Below, one piece after another: positions 6,897 through 15,430 of a stretch of DNA of 17,125 bases (the stretch's first letter is position 1; the number at the start of each line of letters is the position of its first letter). Where the stretch lies: the IMG/VR virus record IMGVR_UViG_2671180283_000013; one strand, written 5' to 3'. The position numbers were made by a program, and so were the translations under genes. The stretch is from a virus. Its lineage: Duplodnaviria; Heunggongvirae; Uroviricota; Caudoviricetes. Under the pieces are notes generated by a model. It did not search any database. It was not told where the DNA came from and saw only the letters and a program-made list of their open reading frames with translations.

Positions 6897-8900
6897 ATGA
6901 TTATGAGTGAAAATGATACAACCCCAAAGAAGTCTACAAGCCAGATTAACAAAGCGGTATTCTTTACATCTGCTTTGCTAATTTTCCTTCTTGTCGCCTT
7001 TGCCGCCGTATTCCCGGATGTCGCCGACAAAAATTTTAAACTACTTCAGCAACAAATCTTCACGAATGCCAGCTGGTTCTACATACTTGCTGTGGCCCTG
7101 ATTTTACTGAGCGTCACGTTCCTTGGACTCTCACGTTACGGTGATATAAAGCTGGGCCCAGACCATGCGCAGCCTGATTTCAGCTACCACTCCTGGTTCG
7201 CGATGCTTTTTTCGGCAGGGATGGGGATCGGCCTGATGTTCTTTGGCGTTGCCGAACCTGTGATGCATTATCTTTCGCCACCTGTCGGCACTCCAGAGAC
7301 CGTTGCGGCAGCGAAGGAAGCCATGCGCCTGACGTTCTTCCACTGGGGTCTGCACGCATGGGCAATTTATGCCATCGTGGCGCTGATTCTGGCCTTTTTC
7401 AGTTACCGTCACGGTCTGCCTTTAACGCTGCGTTCTGCGCTCTATCCCATTATCGGCGATCGCATTTACGGGCCTATAGGCCACGCGGTTGATATCTTCG
7501 CCGTGATAGGCACTGTCTTTGGCGTTGCAACATCGCTGGGTTACGGTGTATTGCAGGTGAATGCCGGTTTGAACCATCTTTTCGGCGTGCCCATCAATGA
7601 AACGGTACAGGTCATTTTGATCGTGGTCATCACGGGGTTAGCGACGATTTCGGTGGTGTCCGGCCTGGACAAGGGAATACGCATCCTGTCTGAGCTTAAT
7701 CTGGGCCTGGCGGTGTTGCTCCTGGCGCTGGTCTTGTGCCTGGGTCCCACTGTGCTTCTGCTGAAGTCATTTGTGGAAAATACGGGTGGTTATCTGTCGG
7801 AACTGGTGAGTAAAACGTTCAACCTTTACGCGTATGAACCCAAGTCGAGCAACTGGCTGGGGGGCTGGACATTATTATACTGGGGATGGTGGCTTTCATG
7901 GTCGCCGTTTGTAGGTATGTTCATTGCACGCGTTTCCCGCGGCAGGACAATTCGTGAGTTCGTGACTGGCGTGTTGTTTGTTCCCGCCGGCTTTACGCTC
8001 ATGTGGATGACGGTGTTTGGAAACAGCGCCATCTATCTCATCATGAACCAGGGCGCCACTGACCTCGCCAATACCGTTCAGCAGGATGTTGCGCTTGCCC
8101 TGTTTAATTTCCTGGAGCATTTCCCGTTCTCTTCCGTGCTGTCATTCATTGCAATGGCGATGGTCATCGTCTTCTTTGTAACGTCTGCTGATTCGGGGGC
8201 AATGGTTGTGGATACTCTGGCATCAGGTGGGGTGGCAAACACGCCCGTCTGGCAGCGAATTTTCTGGGCATCGCTCATGGGCGTTGTTGCTATTGCCCTG
8301 CTGATCGCAGGGGGGCTGAGTGCGTTGCAAACCGTAACGATAGCGAGTGCATTGCCCTTCTCAGTTATCTTATTAATATCCATATACGGACTGTTAAAAG
8401 CCCTGCGTCGGGATTTGACCAAGCGTGAAAGCCTTAGCATGGCGACTATTGCTCCTACGGCTGCACGTAACCCAATTCCCTGGCAGAGAAGGTTACGCAA
8501 TATCGCGTATTTGCCGAAGCGCTCTCTTGTGAAACGTTTTATGGACGACATTATCCAACCCGCCATGACGCTGGTTCAGGAGGAACTTAACAAGCAGGGA
8601 ACGATAAGCCACATCAGTGACGCCGCCGAGGATCGTATTCGCCTTGAAGTCGATTTGGGCAACGAGCTGAATTATATATATGAAGTGAGGCTTCGCGGGT
8701 ATAACTCACCGACCTTCGCGCTCGCTGCGCTGGATAATGATGAGCAGCAGAGTGAACAACATCGATATTATCGCGCTGAAGTCTATCTCAAAGAGGGCGG
8801 CCAAAATTATGATGTAATGGGCTGGAATCAGGAACAGCTGATTAATGACATACTGGACCAGTACGAAAAACACCTGCACTTCCTGCATCTGGTTCGTTAA
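6897..8900 (+). CDS. BCCT-family transporter, BetT-like (choline/betaine-type) with long cytoplasmic C-terminal extension, 667 aa
   Basis: Contains the BCCT tryptophan signature WTLLYWGWWLSWSPFVGMFIARVSRGRTIREF and about 12 hydrophobic helices. Collinear with E. coli BetT as I recall it, including a C-terminal tail of about 170 aa; clearly a paralogue, not betT itself. Start could instead be 6903. Confidence 0.9.
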   Translation: MIMSENDTTPKKSTSQINKAVFFTSALLIFLLVAFAAVFPDVADKNFKLLQQQIFTNASWFYILAVALILLSVTFLGLSRYGDIKLGPDHAQPDFSYHSWFAMLFSAGMGIGLMFFGVAEPVMHYLSPPVGTPETVAAAKEAMRLTFFHWGLHAWAIYAIVALILAFFSYRHGLPLTLRSALYPIIGDRIYGPIGHAVDIFAVIGTVFGVATSLGYGVLQVNAGLNHLFGVPINETVQVILIVVITGLATISVVSGLDKGIRILSELNLGLAVLLLALVLCLGPTVLLLKSFVENTGGYLSELVSKTFNLYAYEPKSSNWLGGWTLLYWGWWLSWSPFVGMFIARVSRGRTIREFVTGVLFVPAGFTLMWMTVFGNSAIYLIMNQGATDLANTVQQDVALALFNFLEHFPFSSVLSFIAMAMVIVFFVTSADSGAMVVDTLASGGVANTPVWQRIFWASLMGVVAIALLIAGGLSALQTVTIASALPFSVILLISIYGLLKALRRDLTKRESLSMATIAPTAARNPIPWQRRLRNIAYLPKRSLVKRFMDDIIQPAMTLVQEELNKQGTISHISDAAEDRIRLEVDLGNELNYIYEVRLRGYNSPTFALAALDNDEQQSEQHRYYRAEVYLKEGGQNYDVMGWNQEQLINDILDQYEKHLHFLHLVR

Positions 8901-8907
8901 CAGCAAC

Positions 8908-8936
8908 ATGCCGCCACAGAGGCGGCATTTATTTAT
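8908..8936 (+). terminator. Rho-independent terminator-like hairpin after the transporter gene
   Basis: ATGCCGCC-ACAGA-GGCGGCAT: 8-bp perfect stem, 5-nt loop, followed by TTATTTAT, starting 8 nt after the TAA stop. Confidence 0.6.
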
Positions 8937-8963
8937 CCCGGCTGCAATATGAGGGAATGCAGA

Positions 8964-10241
8964 ATGATTTCACGCTGGAAATGGATGCTGAAGCAGACAT
9001 TTAAAAAACTATGGTTCAGGGCAACGTTATTCGCAATTGTCGCAATAATAACGGCCCTTTTATCAATTCTTTTTAAATCAATGATACCTGAGTCGGTTTC
9101 CGTGAAGGTTGGTGCGGAAGCAGTCGATAACATTCTGAACATACTGGCATCGAGTATGCTGGCAGTGACCACATTTTCGCTGAGCATCATGGTCACAGCC
9201 TACGGTTCAGCCACTACTAATGTGACTCCCAGAGCTACTCGTTTAGTTGTTGAAGACGTCACCACACAAAATGTACTGGCCACCTTCATCGGTTCTTTTC
9301 TCTTCAGTCTGGTAGGGATTATTGCCCTCAATATGGGAGCTTATGGAGAAAGGGGGAGAGTCATTTTATTCATTGTAACACTGGTTGTCATTGCCTTAAT
9401 CCTCATCACATTGCTTCGCTGGATACAGCATTTGACCTCTCTGGGGAGGGTTGGTGAGACAACGGCAAAAGTAGAACAGGCGGCCATCGAAACATTTATT
9501 GCGAGAGCAAGAAATCCCTGTCTCGGCGGATATCCATGGCTTGAGAACAATGAACAGCCGAAAGGAACGGTTGCAGTTTATCCGAAAAAGATTGGCTATG
9601 TTGAATATGTTGATATGGTGAAACTCAGCAAGCTGCTGACCAATGATCCCCGTCATGTATACCTCGTGGCGCAGCCGGGCAGTTTCATACATCCGTCCAC
9701 GCCAGTTTTGTACCTGAGTCAGGGCCAGGAGTCATCAATCAGCACCGATTTACTTGAGACGATTATTGTCTCGGATGTACGTTCATTTGCTCAGGACCCC
9801 CGATTTTGTCTTAGCGTCATGGCCGAAATAGCCTGCCGAGCCCTTTCCCCCGCAGTGAACGATCCTGGAACCGCCATTGATGTCATTGGCAGAGGTGTAC
9901 GTATACTTTCCGCTTACGCGCAGAATAAATCTGATGAAATAGAAGTGAAATATCCTTCTGTACATGTTGCACCACTTCAGAATAACGATCTACTTGAAGA
10001 CTTTTTCTCACCTGTTGCGCGCGATGGTGCCAGTATGAGGGAAATTCAGATAAGGGTACTTAAAGGACTGTCGATGCTGAGTAAGGGTTGGCCTGGAATT
10101 TTTGCTGAAGCCGCACAAACCCTAGCATTTGAAACATTAGAGCATGCTACTCGTGCTGACCATATAGATTCTGACAGATATCTAATAAAATCAATTTATT
10201 ATAATTTATTTAGTGGCGAAGATTCTAATAAAAAACCATAG
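8964..10241 (+). CDS. Membrane protein with about 5 N-terminal TM helices and a roughly 250-aa soluble C-terminal domain, possibly DUF2254-type; 425 aa
   Basis: ATG at 8964 is preceded by GAGGGA with 7 nt spacer; the alternative ATG at 8949 has no SD. Hydrophobic N-terminal third. C-terminal domain carries a motif (RALSPAVNDPGTAIDVIGRG) that I associate from memory with DUF2254 proteins. Confidence 0.8.
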   Translation: MISRWKWMLKQTFKKLWFRATLFAIVAIITALLSILFKSMIPESVSVKVGAEAVDNILNILASSMLAVTTFSLSIMVTAYGSATTNVTPRATRLVVEDVTTQNVLATFIGSFLFSLVGIIALNMGAYGERGRVILFIVTLVVIALILITLLRWIQHLTSLGRVGETTAKVEQAAIETFIARARNPCLGGYPWLENNEQPKGTVAVYPKKIGYVEYVDMVKLSKLLTNDPRHVYLVAQPGSFIHPSTPVLYLSQGQESSISTDLLETIIVSDVRSFAQDPRFCLSVMAEIACRALSPAVNDPGTAIDVIGRGVRILSAYAQNKSDEIEVKYPSVHVAPLQNNDLLEDFFSPVARDGASMREIQIRVLKGLSMLSKGWPGIFAEAAQTLAFETLEHATRADHIDSDRYLIKSIYYNLFSGEDSNKKP

Positions 10242-10644
10242 TTGCGGAGCAAGCGATACGGTTGTTGGCAAGTCAAGGGCAAAGCATTCGCGTGAGAGTG
10301 GGCGTCTGCTTTGTGCCATAAGCGGAAGTATTTAACAACTATCAGTGTTGTTCAACAGATAAAGGGGCACTTGATTTTTTCTGTTCTCAGGAAATGATAA
10401 AAGCGCGTCGGTTCAAGCCTGCTTAACGGGAGTTTGTTAATCCTGTTGCCGTGACGTTTTGACACCATTATGATGGGGAGACACTTAATGTATGAAGGTT
10501 CCGCCACTTATACCTGTCCAACAACTGCCTCGGGTGTTTCTTTGTATGAATAAGTGGTAATGAGTAGTGAATCGCTAACAGTCACCCGAACAATCGGTGC
10601 CTGCAATTAATTCTATATTCTAAACGAGGGGGAGATTATTACAC

Positions 10645-11625
10645 ATGAAATTTAAGGACAAGAACCTTAAGGCTCTCGCGGAATGTATCATAGGAGATAA
10701 TAAGGCATTTCTGTATCGTTCAAGCAGTCACATCACTGAATTTTTCCAGGACTGCGGCATGGATGTTACTCATGACGGATCCACTCGGTGGAAATGGACG
10801 GCCCAGAGGCTTGAAGAACTTCTTTATGAGCCACAGTCAAAGCCACATACTTTGCCGGAAAGGTTTGTTCATGTGCTCAGAACTTTAATGTTAAAAGAAG
10901 ATGCAATGGATGACGATCCAGGAAGATTAAAGGCGCTTGAAGAACTGAACAAGCCTTTGATGCGGGAAGGCTATGAGGCATTCTATGGTGACGATCGCCT
11001 TTTGTATATACGCCATACCGATACCAAAACGGTTTCAGTCAGTAATAACCCTCATCGGCCCTTAACGCCTCACGAAGTAGAATGCAGAAGGTTACTGACC
11101 GCGTTTCTTGATACCTGCTCAGAAGATGAGTTAATAGAAGATATTCTCCTTCCTTTATTCCGGCAACTTGGTTTTCACCGGATAACAGCAGTGGGACATA
11201 AAGATAAAGCGCTGGAATACGGGAAAGACATCTGGATGAAGTTCACACTGCCAACTCAGCATGTTCTTTATTTCGGCATTCAGGCAAAAAAAGGTAAGTT
11301 GGATGCGTCCGGTGCCAGCAAATCTACGAATTCAAACGTGGCAGAAATCTTCAACCAGGTACTGATGATGCTTGGCCATGAAATATTTGACCCAGAAACA
11401 AATAGAAAGGTGCTGGTAGATCATGCCTTTATCGTTGCTGGCGGAGAAATTACTAAACAGGCGAGGAACTGGCTGGGCGGGAAACTTGATGCCAGCAAAA
11501 GAAGCCAGATAATATTTATGGACCGGGAAGACATTCTTAATTTATATACTGTAAGTAATGTACCTCTGCCAACAGGTGCTCTCATCTCTGATGATGCCGT
11601 TAAGAACGATGATATTCCTTTCTAA
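10645..11625 (+). CDS. Orphan protein with a C-terminal Mrr-like restriction-endonuclease motif (PD-(D/E)xK-type) and an unassigned N-terminal domain of about 150 aa; 326 aa
   Basis: ATG at 10645 with GAGGGGGAG upstream. Motif pattern ...GKDIWMKF-x13-YFGIQAKKGK... (D-x17-QxK) followed by HAFIVAGGEIT, resembling the Mrr catalytic-domain signature as I recall it. The gene looks more AT-rich than the backbone by eye. Confidence 0.75.
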   Translation: MKFKDKNLKALAECIIGDNKAFLYRSSSHITEFFQDCGMDVTHDGSTRWKWTAQRLEELLYEPQSKPHTLPERFVHVLRTLMLKEDAMDDDPGRLKALEELNKPLMREGYEAFYGDDRLLYIRHTDTKTVSVSNNPHRPLTPHEVECRRLLTAFLDTCSEDELIEDILLPLFRQLGFHRITAVGHKDKALEYGKDIWMKFTLPTQHVLYFGIQAKKGKLDASGASKSTNSNVAEIFNQVLMMLGHEIFDPETNRKVLVDHAFIVAGGEITKQARNWLGGKLDASKRSQIIFMDREDILNLYTVSNVPLPTGALISDDAVKNDDIPF

Positions 11626-12052
11626 TCAGAAGTACGTCTTTTTCTGAAAGAATACGTGATAGGTAGCCACACCACACCTTTAGTGACCCCTTAATCTGGT
11701 AATATAACAGCCCGTATGAATGTCCGCGGCATCGCGGGCTGAAATTTATTAAAAATACTTATTCATCAAGCTGGAGTAGTTTGCCGAGTAACTGTAAACG
11801 CCCAACTTAACCGGACCATTCACTTTTAGATTGCTACCAGCAAACCAACTTCCGTTTCTCGCTCAAAGCGGACTAGAAGGTTAGCTTGCGTCGGACTTGG
11901 CGTATTTAAAGAAGTGCTGGTGGTAACTGGTTGTTGTGTTCCATTTCTACAAAACAAAATCACAGAAACTATACCCAATAGTTATATTGAATCAATGATG
12001 AGACAGCCTCATATTTATCAGAACTGGTGTACGTCCAATACAGGAGGTTGTC

Positions 12053-12142
12053 GTGCTGGTTCTCAAATGTGCGCTAGCTATTGCGGCTGTAATGGCAATT
12101 TATTGTCTTGCTATTGTTCTTACGGATCGCCTTTCTGATTGA
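12053..12142 (+). CDS. Candidate 29-aa hydrophobic membrane peptide (type I toxin-like): MLVLKCALAIAAVMAIYCLAIVLTDRLSD
   Basis: GTG at 12053 sits 5 nt after a consensus SD, AGGAGG at 12042-12047. Single TM helix with a charged tail. Not in the ORF track (below length cutoff). An alternative overlapping frame, 11914-12138, gives a 74-aa Cys-rich product. Confidence 0.4.
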   Translation: MLVLKCALAIAAVMAIYCLAIVLTDRLSD

Positions 12143-12353
12143 TTTTATATTGGCGAGGTGACGGGAGTTAAGTAGAATTGCTGCGGGTGCTTGAGGCTAT
12201 CTGCCTCAGGCATGAACACCAAAGGCAGATAGAGAAAAGCCCCAGTTAACATTACGCGTCCTGCAAGACGTTTAACATTAATCTGAGGCTCAATCTATGA
12301 ACGGCAAATCTAGGTTAGCCTCTTACGTGCCGAAAGGCAAGGAGAAGCAGGCT

Positions 12354-12509
12354 ATGAAGCAGCAAAAGGCGATGTTAATCGCCCTGATCGTCATCTGTTT
12401 AACCGTCATAGTGACGACACTGGTAACGAGGAAAGACCTCTGCGAGGTACGAATCCGAACCGGCCAGACGGAGGTCGCTGTCTTCACAGCTTACGAACCT
12501 GAGGAGTAA
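12354..12509 (+). CDS. hokD: Hok/Gef-family type I toxin, HokD(RelF)-like, 51 aa
   Basis: Translation MKQQKAMLIALIVICLTVIVTTLVTRKDLCEVRIRTGQTEVAVFTAYEPEE is near-identical to HokD from memory. SD AGGAG lies 9 nt upstream. The track ORF from 12297 is an in-frame upstream extension. Confidence 0.85.
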   Translation: MKQQKAMLIALIVICLTVIVTTLVTRKDLCEVRIRTGQTEVAVFTAYEPEE

Positions 12510-12576
12510 GAGACCAGGCGGGGGAGAATCCCTCGCCACCTCTGATGTGTCAGGCATCCTCAACGCACCCGCACTT

Positions 12577-12600
12577 AACCCGCTTCGGCGGGTTTTTGTT
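12577..12600 (+). terminator. Rho-independent terminator after hok
   Basis: AACCCGC-TTCG-GCGGGTT stem-loop followed by TTTTTGTTTTTATTTT. Confidence 0.7.
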
Positions 12601-12724
12601 TTTATTTTCAACGCGTTTGAAGTTCTGGACGGTGCCGGAATAGAATCAAAAATACTTAAGTAGCGCGCAGGGATAAGAGGGATGGTCCCTTAAAGGGGAG
12701 AGCTAATTATCCGGAAGGATTCTG

Positions 12725-12976
12725 ATGATGAACATCGAAGAACTGCGTAAAATTTTTTGTGAAGATGGCCTCTATGCTGTGTGCGTTGAAAATGGAAATC
12801 TTGTTAGTCATTACCGCATTATGTGTTTGCGAAAGAATGGGGCTGCGTTAATTAATTTTGTGGATGGTCGAGTGACAGACGGATTTATCTTGCGCGAAGG
12901 TGAGTTTGTCACTTCATTACAGGCACTGAAAGAGATTGGAATAAAAGCAGGCTTTTCAGCTTTTGCAGAAGAATAA
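12725..12976 (+). CDS. rem: Rem-like small protein, 83 aa
   Basis: ATG at 12725 with GGAAGGA upstream. 83 aa and located directly after hokD, as rem is in Qin. Identity rests on size and position; the sequence was not verified from memory. Confidence 0.6.
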   Translation: MMNIEELRKIFCEDGLYAVCVENGNLVSHYRIMCLRKNGAALINFVDGRVTDGFILREGEFVTSLQALKEIGIKAGFSAFAEE

Positions 12977-13042
12977 ACTCATCTACAATCTTGCGCGGGG
13001 CTGAACTCCCGCTGAGTAACACCGTGCCACCGGAGAAAACCG

Positions 13043-13321
13043 ATGGCACGCAACGTAAAATATTACAATTCTGATAATTCGCCCGTTCTTGCCTGCACGC
13101 ACGAGCGGTATTCTCACGCATTCAAGTCTGAATGGTTCCAACACCCTCCATGTACTGAAGAGCAGGCTGAATGGATAATTCAGTGTTACCGCAGGCGCGG
13201 ATACGAGGTTAAGAAAGCCCTTAGTCTCGACTACCGTCACTGGATAATCTCCGTCAGGCTTCCTTACTCTGAACGCCCACCGCGTCCGTCTCGCACATTC
13301 CAGCAACGCATCTGGAGGTAA
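13043..13321 (+). CDS. Hypothetical protein, 92 aa, translationally coupled to the downstream ydfU-like gene
   Basis: ATG at 13043 with GGAGAA upstream. Its stop TAA (13319-13321) is immediately followed by the GTG of the next gene, and a GGAGG for that gene lies inside its 3' end. Confidence 0.6.
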   Translation: MARNVKYYNSDNSPVLACTHERYSHAFKSEWFQHPPCTEEQAEWIIQCYRRRGYEVKKALSLDYRHWIISVRLPYSERPPRPSRTFQQRIWR

Positions 13322-13322
13322 C

Positions 13323-14378
13323 GTGCGGGTATTACTTCGACCTGTTCTGGTACCGGAACTCGGGCTGGTGATCGTTAAGCCGGGCCGTGAATCCATGCCA
13401 GTATTCCACAATACCCGGGTATTGATGGAGCCGGAACCGAAAAGCATGCGTAATCTGCCGTCCGGGGTCGTTCCTGCCGTTCGCCAGCCGCTGGAGGAAG
13501 ACAAAACATTGCTGCCGTTTTTCAGTAACGCACGGGTGATTCGTGCTGCTGGTGGTGCTGGTGCATTGTCTGACTGGCTGTTGCGCCATATTAAATCCTG
13601 CCAGTGGCCACACGGCGATTATCATCACAGCGAAACTGTCATTCACCGTTATGGTACCGGCGCAATGGTGTTGTGCTGGCACTGCGACAACCAGCTGCGT
13701 GACCAGACATCCGAATCACTCGAGCAACTTGCTCATCAAAACCTGTCAGCATGGATGATTGACGTCATCGGTCACGCAATAAGCGGTACGCAGGAGCGTG
13801 AATTATCTCTGGCTGAATTATCCTGGTGGGCGGTCCGCAATCAGGTGGCGGACGCGCTACCGGAAGCGGTATTACGTCGTTCGCTGGGGTTGCGTGCGGA
13901 AAAAATCCGCTCAATGTACCGTGAAAGCGACATCGTGCCGGGAGAGCAGACCGCCACCAGCATACTGAAGCAGCGCACAAAAAATCTTGCGCCGATGCCT
14001 CACGCCCACCAGCAAAACCCGCCACAGGAAAAGACGGTGGTAAGCATTGCCGTTGATCCGGAGTCACCGGCTCAGTATCTCCAGCGCCAGAAACCACAAC
14101 GGGAAGAGATGCCCGTATACACGCGCTGGGTAAAAACGCAGAAATGCATGACGTGTGACAATCAGGCAGATGATCCGCATCACATCATTGGTCATGGACT
14201 AGGAGGGATGGGAACGAAGGCTGACGATTTGTTTGTTATTCCGCTGTGCCGTAAATGTCATAACGAACTGCACGCCGGGGTAAAAGATTTTGAAGAAAAA
14301 CACGGCAGCCAGCTGTTGTTGCTGATTCGTTTTTTAATGCACGCGAGAAATTCGGGCGTCCTGAAGTGGAAAGCATAA
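13323..14378 (+). CDS. ydfU: YdfU-like protein (DUF968-type) with a C-terminal HNH/zinc-finger-like motif, 351 aa
   Basis: GTG at 13323 with GGAGG 4 nt upstream. C-terminus CMTCDNQADDPHHIIGHGLGG...CRKCHNELH has a Cys/His pattern typical of HNH-like zinc fingers. Position between rem and the Q-like gene, as in Qin. Confidence 0.75.
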   Translation: MRVLLRPVLVPELGLVIVKPGRESMPVFHNTRVLMEPEPKSMRNLPSGVVPAVRQPLEEDKTLLPFFSNARVIRAAGGAGALSDWLLRHIKSCQWPHGDYHHSETVIHRYGTGAMVLCWHCDNQLRDQTSESLEQLAHQNLSAWMIDVIGHAISGTQERELSLAELSWWAVRNQVADALPEAVLRRSLGLRAEKIRSMYRESDIVPGEQTATSILKQRTKNLAPMPHAHQQNPPQEKTVVSIAVDPESPAQYLQRQKPQREEMPVYTRWVKTQKCMTCDNQADDPHHIIGHGLGGMGTKADDLFVIPLCRKCHNELHAGVKDFEEKHGSQLLLLIRFLMHARNSGVLKWKA

Positions 14379-14744
14379 ATGACTGAACGCATAGAATTTG
14401 TTTTGCCTTACCCGCCAACGGTGAATACTTACTGGCGACGTCGTGGCAGCACATATTTTGTATCAAAAGTCGGTGAGCGTTATCGCCGTGATGTGGCACT
14501 AATTGTTCGCCAGCAGCGGTTGAAATTAAACCTGTCCGGAAGGCTGGCAATAAAAATTATTGCAGAGCCACCGGATAAGCGCCGTCGTGACCTGGACAAT
14601 ATCCTGAAGGCACCACTGGATGCACTGACGCATGCGGGGCTGCTCATAGACGACGAGCAGTTTGATGAAATCAATATTGTGCGCGGTCAGCTTGTTCCTG
14701 GTGGGCGGTTGGGGATAAAAATCACAGAACTGGGGTGCGCATGA
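14379..14744 (+). CDS. rusA: RusA-family Holliday junction resolvase, 121 aa
   Basis: ATG directly abuts the upstream TAA. Contains the RusA hallmark PDKRRRDLDN and ALTHAGLLIDDEQ, collinear with E. coli RusA as recalled. Confidence 0.85.
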   Translation: MTERIEFVLPYPPTVNTYWRRRGSTYFVSKVGERYRRDVALIVRQQRLKLNLSGRLAIKIIAEPPDKRRRDLDNILKAPLDALTHAGLLIDDEQFDEINIVRGQLVPGGRLGIKITELGCA

Positions 14745-15430
14745 ATAACCAGTATTTACAGTTTGTGCGTGAGCAGCTCATTATCGCCACCGCTGATTTG
14801 AGTGGGGCAACAAAAGGTCAGCTTGAAGCCTGGCAGGAGAATGCCATGTTCGATACAGGGCGTTACAGGCGTAAAAAAATCCGGTACCGCGATGAAGTGA
14901 CTGGAAAAATGATAACGCGGGATAATCCCCCAATCCCGGGAAAGCAATCGCTGGCGAAGGGGACGTCAATTCCTCTGGTCAGTCCGATTGAGTTTTCGAC
15001 ATCATCGTGGCGGCGGGCTGTTCTGTCTCTTGAAGAACATCATAAAGCCTGGTTGTTGTGGTGTTACAGCGGGAGTATTTGTTGGGAATATCAGATCGCG
15101 ATAACACAGTGGGCGTGGAATGAATTTAATACTCAATCCGGTACCAGAAAAATTGCAGGGAAAACGCAGGAACGCCTGAAAAAATTAATCTGGCTGGCGG
15201 CGCAGGCAGTAAAAGCAGAACTTTTTGGTGGGGAAGGTTATGAATACAAGGAGCTGGCATTACTGGTGGGAGTGACAACTAAAAACTGGTCCAAAACATT
15301 TACTCGTCACTGGGTTGCAATGAAACACATTTTTCACCGACTGGATAGTGAGGCTTTATTGTTTGTAATGAGAACGCGTTCAAAACAAAAGGCGGCATTT
15401 TCAAAGCAAAGTGTTGCAAAAGTAGATTGA
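14741..15430 (+). CDS. Late-gene antiterminator Q-like protein (QuuQ-like), about 229 aa
   Basis: ATG at 14741 overlaps the rusA stop as ATGA; the track start at 14735 is a GTG two codons upstream. Assignment rests on position: downstream of rusA and followed by a strong terminator and tRNAs, as in lambdoid/Stx phages. Confidence 0.6.
   Translation: MNNQYLQFVREQLIIATADLSGATKGQLEAWQENAMFDTGRYRRKKIRYRDEVTGKMITRDNPPIPGKQSLAKGTSIPLVSPIEFSTSSWRRAVLSLEEHHKAWLLWCYSGSICWEYQIAITQWAWNEFNTQSGTRKIAGKTQERLKKLIWLAAQAVKAELFGGEGYEYKELALLVGVTTKNWSKTFTRHWVAMKHIFHRLDSEALLFVMRTRSKQKAAFSKQSVAKVD

Noticed and set aside
7131-8566. Minus-strand ORFs inside the transporter gene (7131-7412, 7180-7365, 7541-7750, 7826-8032, 7896-8120, 8078-8566)
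   Set aside because: They are antisense to a gene with an unmistakable BCCT signature and give Arg/Ser/Thr-rich low-complexity products.
6897-8900. Possibility that the transporter is trkG, implying a Rac prophage
   Set aside because: The protein has the BCCT tryptophan motif and BetT-like architecture, not a Trk fold, and the immunity region matches dicA/dicC (Qin-type) rather than racR.
6635-10318. 11-bp direct repeat GCTTTGTGCCA (17 of 20 positions when extended) at 6635 and 10308, flanking the transporter/membrane-protein pair
   Set aside because: The placement is suggestive of insertion boundaries, but by my estimate a match of this length is expected by chance several times in a 17-kb window, so it is not evidence on its own.
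12297-12353. 70-aa ORF that extends hok upstream in frame
   Set aside because: Hok homologues begin at MKQQKAM, and the SD (AGGAG) precedes the internal ATG at 12354. The extension may correspond to a mok-like leader frame but is not the toxin start.
12983-14550. Minus-strand ORFs (12983-13504, 13332-13682, 13765-14097, 14236-14550) and the plus-strand ORF 13543-13758
   Set aside because: They overlap the coupled plus-strand 92-aa / ydfU-like / rusA genes and have Arg/Pro-rich antisense-type composition.
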